DNA of 64,000 nt from assembly GCA_040285855.1 (NCBI GenBank), contig JAUFOQ010000001.1, forward strand, positions 186,001 through 250,000. The letters are read 5' to 3'. The notes beneath the pieces are model-generated. The model saw only the letters and a program-made list of their open reading frames with translations, was not told where the DNA came from and made no database searches. Source of the stretch: Eukaryota sp. GEM-RC1 (lineage: Eukaryota). Below, piece after piece: positions 44,997-57,428 of the stretch (position 1 is its first letter; each line of letters begins with the position of its first letter). The position numbers and the translations under genes are program-made.

Positions 44997-47900
44997 TTGG
45001 TCTTCTCTCTCTTCTTTTCGAGGGTAAAAATCAAATCTAGGGGTTGAAGTTGATTAACGTTTCTTTCTGGGTGAAGTTCGAGTGGTAGTCTTGGAAGACT
45101 GTTTCTTCAGGAAGATAGAGTAAGCGGCGGTGTTGCGAATCTCAGAGAGAGGTTCCCAGTAGGTTCGGATGCACCGACCCACCTGACAAGGCAACGCTGG
45201 CGAGTAGTGTCGATGTTCAGGACTTCTTCGACGAGATGTTCAGCACGGTCTTGAGCAGCAACGGCTGAAAGGTAGTCAGGGTTAGTTGACTGAGGGAGGA
45301 AGGGTTGTAAAAAGAGATATTGGCTAGAGTTTCTGAGCCAGTCAATAGGTTTAGAATTTTCACATGATTTCGACCTGAGAAGACCTTGGTAACGAGGAAG
45401 GGACCTTTCCAGAGGCTTTGAAGCTTGGCGGACTTATCGAAAGCTCGGAGCACCGACGATGGAATCGACCATCGATACACAAGACTTCAACCAAAACTCA
45501 GCAGTGAGACTTTCGTGGCACTTGACTTGGCCACTGGGGCGATCGCGAGGTAGGGATCCTTTGTCTGGCCCCAACACCAAGTCACCCATGTATCCCAGCG
45601 GCAGCCATGACTGAGATACCTTTAGTAAGGATGTCGTCTTGCGTACTTCAGAACTCAACATAGGCACCAACCTAGAAAGCAAATCAGCGAAAAGGTTGGA
45701 CTCGCCGTCGACGTGGAAGACGTCAAAATCAAGGGCACATAAGAGAGGAAGCCACCTCTTCACGATCCGTGACTTTTCAGGGGCAGTCAGCAGATAAGCA
45801 AGGTTCTTGTGGTCACAGTATAACTTAATCTTGCGATTGAGGAGAAGATAACTAAGATTAGGCTGCGTCAAGGTTGCGACAATAGCGTAGAGCTCTTGTT
45901 GAATAATAGGCCAATTCTTTTGTTTTAGAATAGAAGGAAATAGGAGCTAACTTAAGGTTAGCGAAGTTAGACGGGGAAGGAGCTTCTGAGTTAGGTAAAC
46001 GACGCCAAACGACGCCAGAGACGGCGTATTCGCTTGCGTCAGTGCTCACGATTAAGTCTTCGTCAGGCTGTGGGAGAGAGAGATAGAGTTACCAATTAGT
46101 TCTTTGATCTTCTTGAAGCAAGTTGTATGATCGTGAGTCCAGCGGGTCTTCACTTGGTAATTTTTTTTGGATTCTGGGTCTTCGCCCTTCTTTTCAAAAG
46201 TTCGGTGAGTGGCTTGATCAGAGAGGATACATTCGGCAACCAGTCTCGAATATAATTAATGCTTCCAATAAAGCTTCGGAGTTCGTGAACATTTTCAGGG
46301 ATGGGTATTTCTAAGATGGCTTTAATTCGGTCTTTATCAATTCGGCGGGTTCCGTTTTGAAAGATGCTTCCAAGGATCTTAACTTCGGAACTTTTGTAAG
46401 GAAGGAGCATTTTCTTTTCCTAGTCGTACTCGGCGGTGAATACATCTAGCTAAAATTTGTTTAAGTGTTGAAAGAAATCGTTCTTCGTCATCAGCAGCGA
46501 TGATGATATCATCTAGGTAGATAAACACACCAGGGATGTCTTTAAAAATTTCGGACATGGTGTTCTAGAACACGGCTGGTACGTTCTTCAAGCCAAAGGC
46601 GGCTCTAGTAAAGCGAATAGCTCGGCCTGGGATTTTCAGTGTTGTCTTATCGAAATCTTTTTCTTCAATCCTCAGTCGCCAAAAGGCTCGTGGTAGATCC
46701 AATGTGGCAATGAACTCAGCAGAGCTTAAAAATTCTAAGATGTCAAAAAATCTTGGGGAGGTTGGCTTCAACAGGGATGGACATGGCATTGACTCCATCG
46801 CTGCCAGAGTAATCGCCAGTAAGTCTTGGTTTCCTATCGTCGTCATAAGTGACTAAGACGATTGGGCTTCCGTGAGGGCAGTTAGGATCGGCTTCTTCAA
46901 CGAATCCAGCTGATGTTAGTTCGTCAAAAATTTCGTTAGCTATCGCCAGTCGATCAGGGTTGATTCGACGGGGAGGTTTGTTTACGATTAGGTTCTCGTC
47001 AACGTATTCTAAACTCATTGGAGGGGCATCTATTCCTTCAGAATGAGGGGGACCGAAGGCTTCTTCATGTTCGTTTAGGAGTTCCAGCAGCTTTTCTTCG
47101 GATTGGCTTGGGAGCTCAATGCGGCATTCTTTAAATGAATCTTCCTTGGTACGATGATTTTCTTAAGCCTTCAGGGTTCTAGGGGAGATTGGATCAAATG
47201 ATCAAAGTCGTCTTCAGCAGTTAATAGAGTATTTCGTTTGTCGTTGATTCTGATGTTAAGTCCATCAGCAGTTAGTAAGTCCGAGGCATTTCAGTACGTC
47301 ACAGCCTATGAGGAGTTGGTTTTGCCAGCTAAAACGGGAAGTTTGACTTCTAAGTGGACACGTTTAGGGGATTCATTAAGAGAGATAGTTCGGTATGGTA
47401 TCTACCTTGGCTCTTCACAATTCGGCCATCGGCAACTTCGAATTCATTAACTTTGGAATGATCGAGATGTCCGACGTTTTCGTCAATCAAATCAGCGGTG
47501 ATGCAGGACTTGATACAGCCTGTATCAATCAATCCACGAACCTTGCGGGTGCCGACTAAAACGTCTAGTTCTAGAAGAGGGACGAAGCAGTGGCTTTGAA
47601 AAGTCCTTTGGCGGAGGTTCTGACAAAGTTAGGAGTATCAGAGTCTGAATCAGAAATGAAGGAACTAATATGAGGCTTTGGAACATTAGCTGGTTGGGAA
47701 GCCTTAGCAGTTGACTTTTGACGTGTGTTATGAGTCTGTAAGTGAGTGGGGTTTCTGGGGTTCTTGCTTTTGTAGTTTGTGTTATTGATAGTTCTGGTGG
47801 AAGGAGAGTGGCATTCACTAGCATAGTGACCCTTTTGTTGCAATTGAAACAAGTAATGGTACTTTTGTCAGGGGTACGAGGAGTACGTGGTTCAGAACGA

Positions 47901-49137
47901 GGAGTATTGAATCTAGGGGAAGGAGCGGGGGACGAATAGTTAGATCGAGAGTTGGACATAGAAGATCGAGGTCCTGGTGAATTACGAGGATTAGAGAATC
48001 GTTTGAAGGAACGTCTCTGGTTAGTGTTTCGGTTGGAGGAGGGTTCAGCGGCCTTAAGTCGGGAGGAATGTTCGAGATGAACAGTCAAGAGTTGATGAGT
48101 TTCTTGAATAAGTTGATAAAAAGTGGATCTGTTTAAAGTCTACGGCTTTCTTGAGAGTGGAGGAGATTGAATCGGGTTTGAGATTCTTGAGGAATTCTAG
48201 CATTAGTTGCTTCTGGGGGATGTCGAGTTCGGAGAGTCTTCTACAAGTCTTAGAGAATGAGGCAATGTAGTCGAATAAGCGACTGAAAGGATCACGGATG
48301 GAATGATTCATGGACGAAGATGAAAGGAGGCGGACAGCATGTTCTAAGGTCTTGACTTTAGTCAGGTCAAGGAGGAAGTTCCATAAAGTAAATTGGTTTG
48401 TTAGAGAGTGAGGGAAATGAGATGGATGGAATTCATGACATCGCGGGATACAAAGACGGGAAAATCGTCTGGAGGAGTTAGAGTGTCTTCAAATGGTGAA
48501 GGGATAGTGGCGGCGGTTACTCCTGTCACGTTTTCTTCGGCTTCAGCAGTAATGGCGGAGCGAGCACTTTCTAATTGTTCTTTTAGTTCTGGTGAGAGGT
48601 TCAGTTCTAACAGGGAGTCAAGGGAACCGATGGTAGGTTCAGAGGTAGCAGTGGAGGTTCTTGGTACCGTGTAAATATAGCTTCCGAAAAGTGAGTTATC
48701 GGAGTCTTCTTTTGTAATGGCATAAGCGGCCATATCGTCTATCCAGGATAGAATGTGTTCGGCGTCCAAAGTCTTGAGAAGGGGTACTTTGGTTCTTATT
48801 CCCTTTCTTCCGAGGGAGGAGTTCAGCAAGGCGACGTTACGGTCGGAGTTCCTTGTTTCTTGGACAGTTTCTTCGAGGTCTGTGTCCGAGGCGTAGTTCA
48901 GCGAACGGAGGGACAGAGGAGCGGCGGCAACTTCTGGGCGGCGGCTCGAATAAAGGTTCGGATGAGAGGAGGCATGGCAGCAGTCCTCATCATCTACGGT
49001 GACATGAATATGGTCACAATAATTATTGTTGACTATACCGTCAAATGGGGTACTAGTATCAGAGAAAATATAAGACATAGGTTTATGAGACGGAGATAAG
49101 TAAAATCTATAAGGTAAAAATATAAAAATAAACAACA
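44885..49137 (-). mobile_element. Gypsy/chromovirus-like unit 4
   Basis: Near-identical; RT TAG at 46565-46567. Confidence 0.93.
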
Positions 49138-52100
49138 TTGGTCTTCTCTCTCTTCTTTTCGAGGGTAAAAATCAAATCTAGGGGGTTGAAGTTGATTAAC
49201 GTTTCTTTCTGGGTGAAGTTCGAGTGGTAGTCTTGGAAGACTGTTTCTTCAGGAAGATAGAGTAAGCGGCGGTGTTGCGAATCTCAGAGAGAGGTTCCCA
49301 GTAGGTTCGGATGCACCGACCCACCTGACGAGGCAACGCTGGCGAGTAGTGTCGATGTTCAGGACTTCTTCGACGAGATGTTCAGCACGGTCTTGAGCAG
49401 CAACGGCTGAAAGGTAGTCAGGGTTAGTTGACTGAGGGAGGAAGGGTTGTAAAAAGAGATATTGGCTAGAGTTTCTGAGCCAGTCAATAGGTTTAGAATT
49501 TTCACATGATTTCGACCTGAGAACCTTGGTAACGAGGAAGGGACCTTTCCAGAGGCTTTGAAGCTTGGCGGACTTATCGAAAGCTCGGAGCACCGACGAT
49601 GGAATCGACCATCGATACACAAGACTTCAACCAAAACTCAGCAGTGAGACTTTCGTGGCACTTGACTTGGCCACTGGGGCGATCGCGAGGTAGGGATCCT
49701 TTGTCTGGCCCCAACACCAAGTCACCCATGTATCCCAGCGGCAGCCATGACTGAGATACCTTTAGTAAGGATGTCGTCTTGCGTACTTCAGAACTCAACC
49801 TAGGCACCAACCTAGAAAGCAAATCAGCGAAAAGGTTGGACTCGCCGTCGACGTGGAAGACGTCAAAATCAAGGGCACATAAGAGAGGAAGCCACCTCTT
49901 CACGATCCGTGACTTTTCAGGGGCAGTCAGCAGATAAGCAAGGTTCTTGTGGTCACAGTATAACTTAATCTTGCGATTGAGGAGAAGATAACTAAGATTA
50001 GGCTGCGTCAAGGTTGCGACAATAGCGTAGAGCTCTTGTTGAATAATAGGCCAATTCTTTTGTTTTAGAATAGAAGGAAATAGGAGCTAACTTAAGGTTA
50101 GCGAAGTTAGACGGGAAGGAGCTTCTGAGTTAGGTAAACGACGCCAAACGACGCCAGAGACGGCGTATTCGCTTGCGTCAGTGCTCACGATTAAGTCTTC
50201 GTCAGGCTGTGGGAGAGAGAGAGATAGAGTTACCAATTAGTTCTTTGATCTTCTTGAAGCAAGTTGTATGATCGTGAGTCCAGCGGGTCTTCACTTGGTA
50301 ATTTTTTGGATTCTGGGTCTTCGCCCTTCTTTTCAAAAGTTCGGTGAGTGGCTTGATCAGAGAGGATACATTCGGCAACCAGTCTCGAATATAATTAATG
50401 CTTCCAATAAAGCTTCGGAGTTCGTGAACATTTTCAGGGATGTGTATTTCTAAGATGGCTTTAATTCGGTCTTTATCAATTCGGCGGGTTCCGTTTTGAA
50501 AGATGCTTCCAAGGATCTTAACTTCGGAACTTTTGTAAGGAAGGAGCATTTTCTTTTCCTAGTCGTACTCGGCGGTGAATACATCTAGCTAAAATTTGTT
50601 TAAGTGTTGAAAGAAATCGTTCTTCGTCATCAGCAGCGATGATGATATCATCTAGGTAGATAAACACACCAGGGATGTCTTTAAAAATTTCGGACATGGT
50701 GTTCTAGAACACGGCTGGTACGTTCTTCAAGCCAAAGGCGGCTCTAGTAAAGCGAATAGCTCGGCCTGGGATTTTCAGTGTTGTCTTATCGAAATCTTTT
50801 CTTCAATCCTCAGTTGCCAAAAGGCTCGTGGTAGATCCAATGTGGCAATGAACTCAGCAGAGCTTAAAAATTCTAAGATGTCAAAAATCTTGGGGAGGTT
50901 GGCTTCAACAGGGATGGACATGGCATTGACTCCATCGCTGCCAGAGTAATCGCCAGTAAGTCTTGGTTTCCTATCGTCGTCATAAGTGACTAAGACGATT
51001 GGGCTTCCGTGAGGGCAGTTAGGATCGGCTTCTTCAACGAATCCAGCTGATGTTAGTTCGTCAAAAATTTCGTTAGCTATCGCCAGTCGATCAGGGTTGA
51101 TTCGACGGGGAGGTTTGTTTACGATTACGTTCTCGTCAACGTATTCTAAACTCATTGGAGGGGCATCTATTCCTTCAGAATGAGGGGGGACCGAAGGCTT
51201 CTTCATGTTCGTTTAGGAGTTCCAGCAGCTTTTCTTCGGATTGGCTTGGGAGCTCAATGCGGCATTCTTTAAATGAATCTTCCTTGGTACGATGATTTTC
51301 TTAAGCCTTCAGGGTTCTAGGGGAGATTGGATCAAATGATCAAAGTCGTCTTCAGCAGTTAATAGAGTATTTCGATTGTCGTTGATTCTGATGTTAAGTC
51401 CATCAGCAGTTAGTAAGTCCGAGGCATTTCAGTACGTCACAGCCTATGAGGAGTTGGTTTTGCCAGCTAAAACGGGAAGTTTGACTTCTAAGTGGACACG
51501 TTTAGGGGATTCATTAAGAGAGATAGTTCGGTATGGTATCTACCTTGGCTCTTCACAATTCGGCCATCGGCAACTTCGAATTCATTAACTTTGGAATGAT
51601 CGAGATGTCCGACGTTTTCGTCAATCAAATCAGCGGTGATGCAGGACTTGATACAGCCTGTATCAATCAATCCACGAACCTTGCGGGTGCCGACTAAAAC
51701 GTCTAGTTCTAGAAGAGGGGACGAAGCAGTGGCTTTGAAAAGTCCTTTGGCGGAGGTTCTGACAAAGTTAGGAGTATCAGAGTCTGAATCAGAAATGAAG
51801 GAACTAATATGAGGCTTTGGAACATTAGCTGGTTGGGAAGCCTTAGCAGTTGACTTTTGACGTGTGTTATGAGTCCGTAAGTGAGTGGGGTTTCTGGGGT
51901 TCTTGCTTTTGTAGTTTGTGTTATTGGAAGTTCTGGTGGAAGGAGAGTGGCATTCACTAGCATAGTGACCCTTTTGTTGCAATTGAAACAAGTAATGGTA
52001 CTTTTGTCAGGGGTACGAGGAGTACGTGGTTCAGAACGAGGAGTATTGAATCTAGGGGAAGGAGCGGGGGATGAATAGTTAGATCGAGAGTTGGACAGAG

Positions 52101-53276
52101 AAGATCGAGGTCCTGGTGAATTACGAGGATTAGAGAATCGTTTGAAGGAACGTCTCTGGTTAGTGTTTCGGTTGGAGGAGGGTTCAGCGGCCTTAAGTCG
52201 GGAGGAATGTTCGAGATGAACAGTCAAGAGTTGATGAGTTTCTTGAATAAGTTGATAAAGAGTGGATCTGTTTAAAGTCTACGGCTTTCTTGAGAGTAGA
52301 GGAGATTGAATCGGGTTTGAGATTCTTGAGGAATTCTAGCATTAGTTGCTTCTGGGGGATGTCGAGTTCGGAGAGTCTTCTACAAGTCTTAGAGAATGAG
52401 GCAATGTAGTCGAATAAGCGACTGAAAGGATCACGGATGGAATGATTCATGGACGAAGATGAAAGGAGGCGGACAGCATGTTCTAAGGTCTTGACTTTAG
52501 TCAGGTCAAGGAGGAAGTTCCATAAAGTAAATTGGTTTGTTAGAGAGTGAGGGAAATGAGATGGATGGAATTCATGACATCGCGGGATACAAAGACGGGA
52601 AAATCGTCTGGAGGAGTTAGAGTGTCTTCAAATGGTGAAGGGATAGTGGCGGCGGTTACTCCTGTCACGTTTTCTTCGGCTTCAGCAGTAATGGCGGAGC
52701 GAGCACTTTCTAATTGTTCTTTTAGTTCTGGTGAGAGGTTCAGTTCTAACAGGGAGTCAAGGGAACCGATGGTAGGTTCAGAGGTAGCAGTGGAGGTTCT
52801 TGGTACCGTGTAAATATAGCTTCCGAAAAGTGAGTTATCGGAGTCTTCTTTTGTAATGGCATAAGCGGCCATATCGTCTATCCAGGATAGAATGTGTTCG
52901 GCGTCCAAAGTCTTGAGAAGGGGTACTTTGGTTCTTATTCCCTTTCTTCCGAGGGAGGAGTTCAGCAAGGCGACGTTACGGTCGGAGTTCCTTGTTTCTT
53001 GGACAGTTTCTTCGAGGTCTGTGTCCGAGGCGTAGTTCAGCGAACGGAGGGACAGAGGAGCGGCGGCAACTTCTGGGCGGCGGCTCGAATAAAGGTTCGG
53101 ATGAGAGGAGGCATGGCAGCAGTCCTCATCATCTACGGTGACATGAATATGGTCACAATAATTATTGTTGACTATACCGTCAAATGGGGTACTAGTATCA
53201 GAGAAAATATAAGACATAGGTTTATGAGACGGAGATAAGTAAAATCTATAAGGTAAAAATATAGAAATAAACAACA
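49027..53276 (-). mobile_element. Gypsy/chromovirus-like unit 5 (mosaic of left and right haplotypes)
   Basis: Near-identical; RT TAG at 50704-50706; carries the 7-bp protease deletion but right-type gag SNPs. Confidence 0.93.
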
Positions 53277-56200
53277 TTGGTCTTCTCTCTCTTCTTTTCG
53301 AGGGTAAAAAATCAAATCTAGGGGGTTGAAGTTGATTAACGTTTCTTTCTGGGTGAAGTTCGAGTGGTAGTCTTGGAAGACTGTTTCTTCAGGAAGATAG
53401 AGTAAGCGGCGGTGTTGCGAATCTCAGAGAGAGGTTCCCAGTAGGTTCGGATGCACCGACCCACCTGACGAGGCAACGCTGGCGAGTAGTGTCGATGTTC
53501 AGGACTTCTTCGACGAGATGTTCAGCACGGTCTTGAGCAGCAACGGCTGAAAGGTAGTCAGGGTTAGTTGACTGAGGGAGGAAGGGTTGTAAAAAGAGAT
53601 ATTGGCTAGAGTTTCTGAGCCAGTCAATAGGTTTAGAATTTTCACATGATTTCGACCTGAGAAGACCTTGGTAACGAGGAAGGGACCTTTCCAGAGGCTT
53701 TGAAGCTTGGCGGACTTATCGAAAGCTCGGAGCACCGACGATGGAATCGACCATCGATACACAAAACTTCAACCAAAACTCAGCAGTGAGACTTTCGTGG
53801 CACTTGACTTGGCCACTGGGGCGATCGCGAGGTAGGGATCCTTTGTCTGGCCCCAACACCAAGTCACCCATGTATCCCAGCGGCAGCCATGACTGAGATA
53901 CCTTTAGTAAGGATGTCGTCTTGCGTACTTCAGAACTCAACCTAGGCACCAACCTAGAAAGCAAATCAGCGAAAAGGTTGGACTCGCCGTCGACGTGGAA
54001 GACGTCAAAATCAAGGGCACATAAGAGAGGAAGCCACCTCTTCACGATCCGTGACTTTTCAGGGGCAGTCAGCAGATAAGCAAGGTTCTTGTGGTCACAG
54101 TATAACTTAATCTTGCGATTGAGGAGAAGATAACTAAGATTAGGCTGCGTCAAGGTTGCGACAATAGCGTAGAGCTCTTGTTGAATAATAGGCCAATTCT
54201 TTTGTTTTAGAATAGAAGGAAATAGGAGCTAACTTAAGGTTAGCGAAGTTAGACGGGGAAGGAGCTTCTGAGTTAGGTAAACGACGCCAAACGACGCCAG
54301 AGACGGCGTATTCGCTTGCGTCAGTGCTCACGATTAAGTCTTCGTCAGGCTGTGGGAGAGAGAGATAGAGTTACCAATTAGTTCTTTGATCTTCTTGAAG
54401 CAAGTTGTATGATCGTGAGTCCAGCGGGTCTTCACTTGGTAATTTTTTTTGGATTCTGGGTCTTCGCCCTTCTTTTCAAAAGTTCGGTGAGTGGCTTGAT
54501 CAGAGAGGATACATTCGGCAACCAGTCTCGAATATAATTAATGCTTCCAATAAAGCTTCGGAGTTCGTGAACATTTTCAGGGATGGGTATTTCTAAGATG
54601 GCTTTAATTCGGTCTTTATCAATTCGGCGGGTTCCGTTTTGAAAGATGCTTCCAAGGATCTTAACTTCGGAACTTTTGTAAGGAAGGAGCATTTTCTTTT
54701 CCTAGTCGTACTCGGCGGTGAATACATCTAGCTAAAATTTGTTTAAGTGTTGAAAGAAATCGTTCTTCGTCATCAGCAGCGATGATGATATCATCTAGGT
54801 AGATAAACACACCAGGGATGTCTTTAAAAATTTCGGACATGGTGTTCTAGAACACGGCTGGTACGTTCTTCAAGCCAAAGGCGGCTCTAGTAAAGCGAAT
54901 AGCTCGGCCTGGGATTTTCAGTGTTGTCTTATCGAAATCTTTTTCTTCAATCCTCAGTTGCCAAAAGGCTCGTGGTAGATCCAATGTGGCAATGAACTCA
55001 GCAGAGCTTAAAAATTCTAAGATGTCAAAAATCTTGGGGAGGTTGGCTTCAACAGGGATGGACATGGCATTGACTCCATCGCTGCCAGAGTAATCGCCAG
55101 TAAGTCTTGGTTTCCTATCGTCGTCATAAGTGACTAAGACGATTGGGCTTCCGTGAGGGCAGTTAGGATCGGCTTCTTCAACGAATCCAGCTGATGTTAG
55201 TTCGTCAAAAATTTCGTTAGCTATCGCCAGTCGATCAGGGTTGATTCGACAGGGAGGTTTGTTTACGATTACGTTCTCGTCAACGTATTCTAAACTCATT
55301 GGAGGGGCATCTATTCCTTCAGAATGAGGGGGACCGAAGGCTTCTTCATGTTCGTTTAGGAGTTCCAGCAGCTTTTCTTCGGATTGGCTTGGGAGCTCAA
55401 TGCGGCATTCTTTAAATGAATCTTCCTTGGTACGATGATTTTCTTAAGCCTTCAGGGTTCTAGGGGGAGATTGGATCAAATGATCAAAGTCGTCTTCAGC
55501 AGTTAATAGAGTATTTCGTTTGTCGTTGATTCTGATGTTAAGTCCATCAGCAGTTAGTAAGTCCGAGGCATTTCAGTACGTCACAGCCTATGAGGAGTTG
55601 GTTTTGCCAGCTAAAACGGGAAGTTTGACTTCTAAGTGGACACGTTTAGGGATTCGTTACCCATTAAGAGAGATAGTTCGGTATGGTATCTACCTTGGCT
55701 CTTCACAATTCGGCCATCGGCAACTTCGAATTCATTAACTTTGGAATGATCGAGATGTCCGACGTTTTCGTCAATCAAATCAGCGGTGATGCAGGACTTG
55801 ATACAGCCTGTATCAATCAATCCACGAACCTTGCGGGTGCCGACTAAAACGTCTAGTTCTAGAAGAGGGGACGAAGCAGTGGCTTTGAAAAGTCCTTTGG
55901 CGGAGGTTCTGACAAAGTTAGGAGTATCAGAGTCTGAATCAGAAATGAAGGAACTAATATGAGGCTTTGGAACATTAGCTGGTTGGGAAGCCTTAGCAGT
56001 TGACTTTTGACGTGTGTTATGAGTCCGTAAGTGAGTGGGGTTTCTGGGGTTCTTGCTTTTGTAGTTTGTGTTATTGGAAGTTCTGGTGGAAGGAGAGTGG
56101 CATTCACTAGCATAGTGACCCTTTTGTTGCAATTGGAAACAAGTAATGGTACTTTTGTCAGGGGTACGAGGAGTACGTGGTTCAGAACGAGGAGTATTGA

Positions 56201-57428
56201 ATCTAGGGGAAGGAGCGGGGGATGAATAGTTAGATCGAGAGTTGGACAGAGAAGATCGAGGTCCTGGTGAATTACGAGGATTAGAGAATCGTTTGAAGGA
56301 ACGTCTCTGGTTAGTGTTTCGGTTGGAGGAGGGTTCAGCGGCCTTAAGTCGGGAGGAATGTTCGAGATGAACAGTCAAGAGTTGATGAGTTTCTTGAATA
56401 AGTTGATAAAGAGTGGATCTGTTTAAAGTCTACGGCTTTCTTGAGAGTAGAGGAGATTGAATCGGGTTTGAGATTCTTGAGGAATTCTAGCATTAGTTGC
56501 TTCTGGGGGATGTCGAGTTCGGAGAGTCTTCTACAAGTCTTAGAGAATGAGGCAATGTAGTCGAATAAGCGACTGAAAGGATCACGGATGGAATGATTCA
56601 TGGACGAAGATGAAAGGAGGCGGACAGCATGTTCTAAGGTCTTGACTTTAGTCAGGTCAAGGAGGAAGTTCCATAAAGTAAATTGGTTTGTTAGAGAGTG
56701 AGGGGAAATGAGATGGATGGAATTCATGACATCGCGGGATACAAAGACGGGAAAATCGTCTGGAGGAGTTAGAGTGTCTTCAAATGGTGAAGGGATAGTG
56801 GCGGCGGTTACTCCTGTCACGTTTTCTTCGGCTTCAGCAGTAATGGCGGAGCGAGCACTTTCTAATTGTTCTTTTAGTTCTGGTGAGAGGTTCAGTTCTA
56901 ACAGGGAGTCAAGGGAACCGATGGTAGGTTCAGAGGTAGCAGTGGAGGTTCTTGGTACCGTGTAAATATAGCTTCCGAAAAGTGAGTTATCGGAGTCTTC
57001 TTTTGTAATGGCATAAGCGGCCATATCGTCTATCCAGGATAGAATGTGTTCGGCGTCCAAAGTCTTGAGAAGGGGTACTTTGGTTCTTATTCCCTTTCTT
57101 CCGAGGGAGGAGTTCAGCAAGGCGACGTTACGGTCGGAGTTCCATGTTTCTTGGACAGTTTCTTCGAGGTCTGTGTCCGAGGCGTAGTTCAGCGAACGGA
57201 GGGACAGAGGAGCGGCGGCAACTTCTGGGCGGCGGCTCGAATAAAGGTTCGGATGAGAGGAGGCATGGCAGCAGTCCTCATCATCTACGGTGACATGAAT
57301 ATGGTCACAATAATTATTGTTGACTATACCGTCAAATGGGGTACTAGTATCAGAGAAAATATAAGACATAGGTTTATGAGACGGAGATAAGTAAAATCTA
57401 TAAGGTAAAAATATAGAAATAAACAACA
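53166..57428 (-). mobile_element. Gypsy/chromovirus-like unit 6
   Basis: Near-identical; retains GTTACCC (+ strand, ~55657) in the protease; RT TAG at 54847-54849. Confidence 0.93.
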
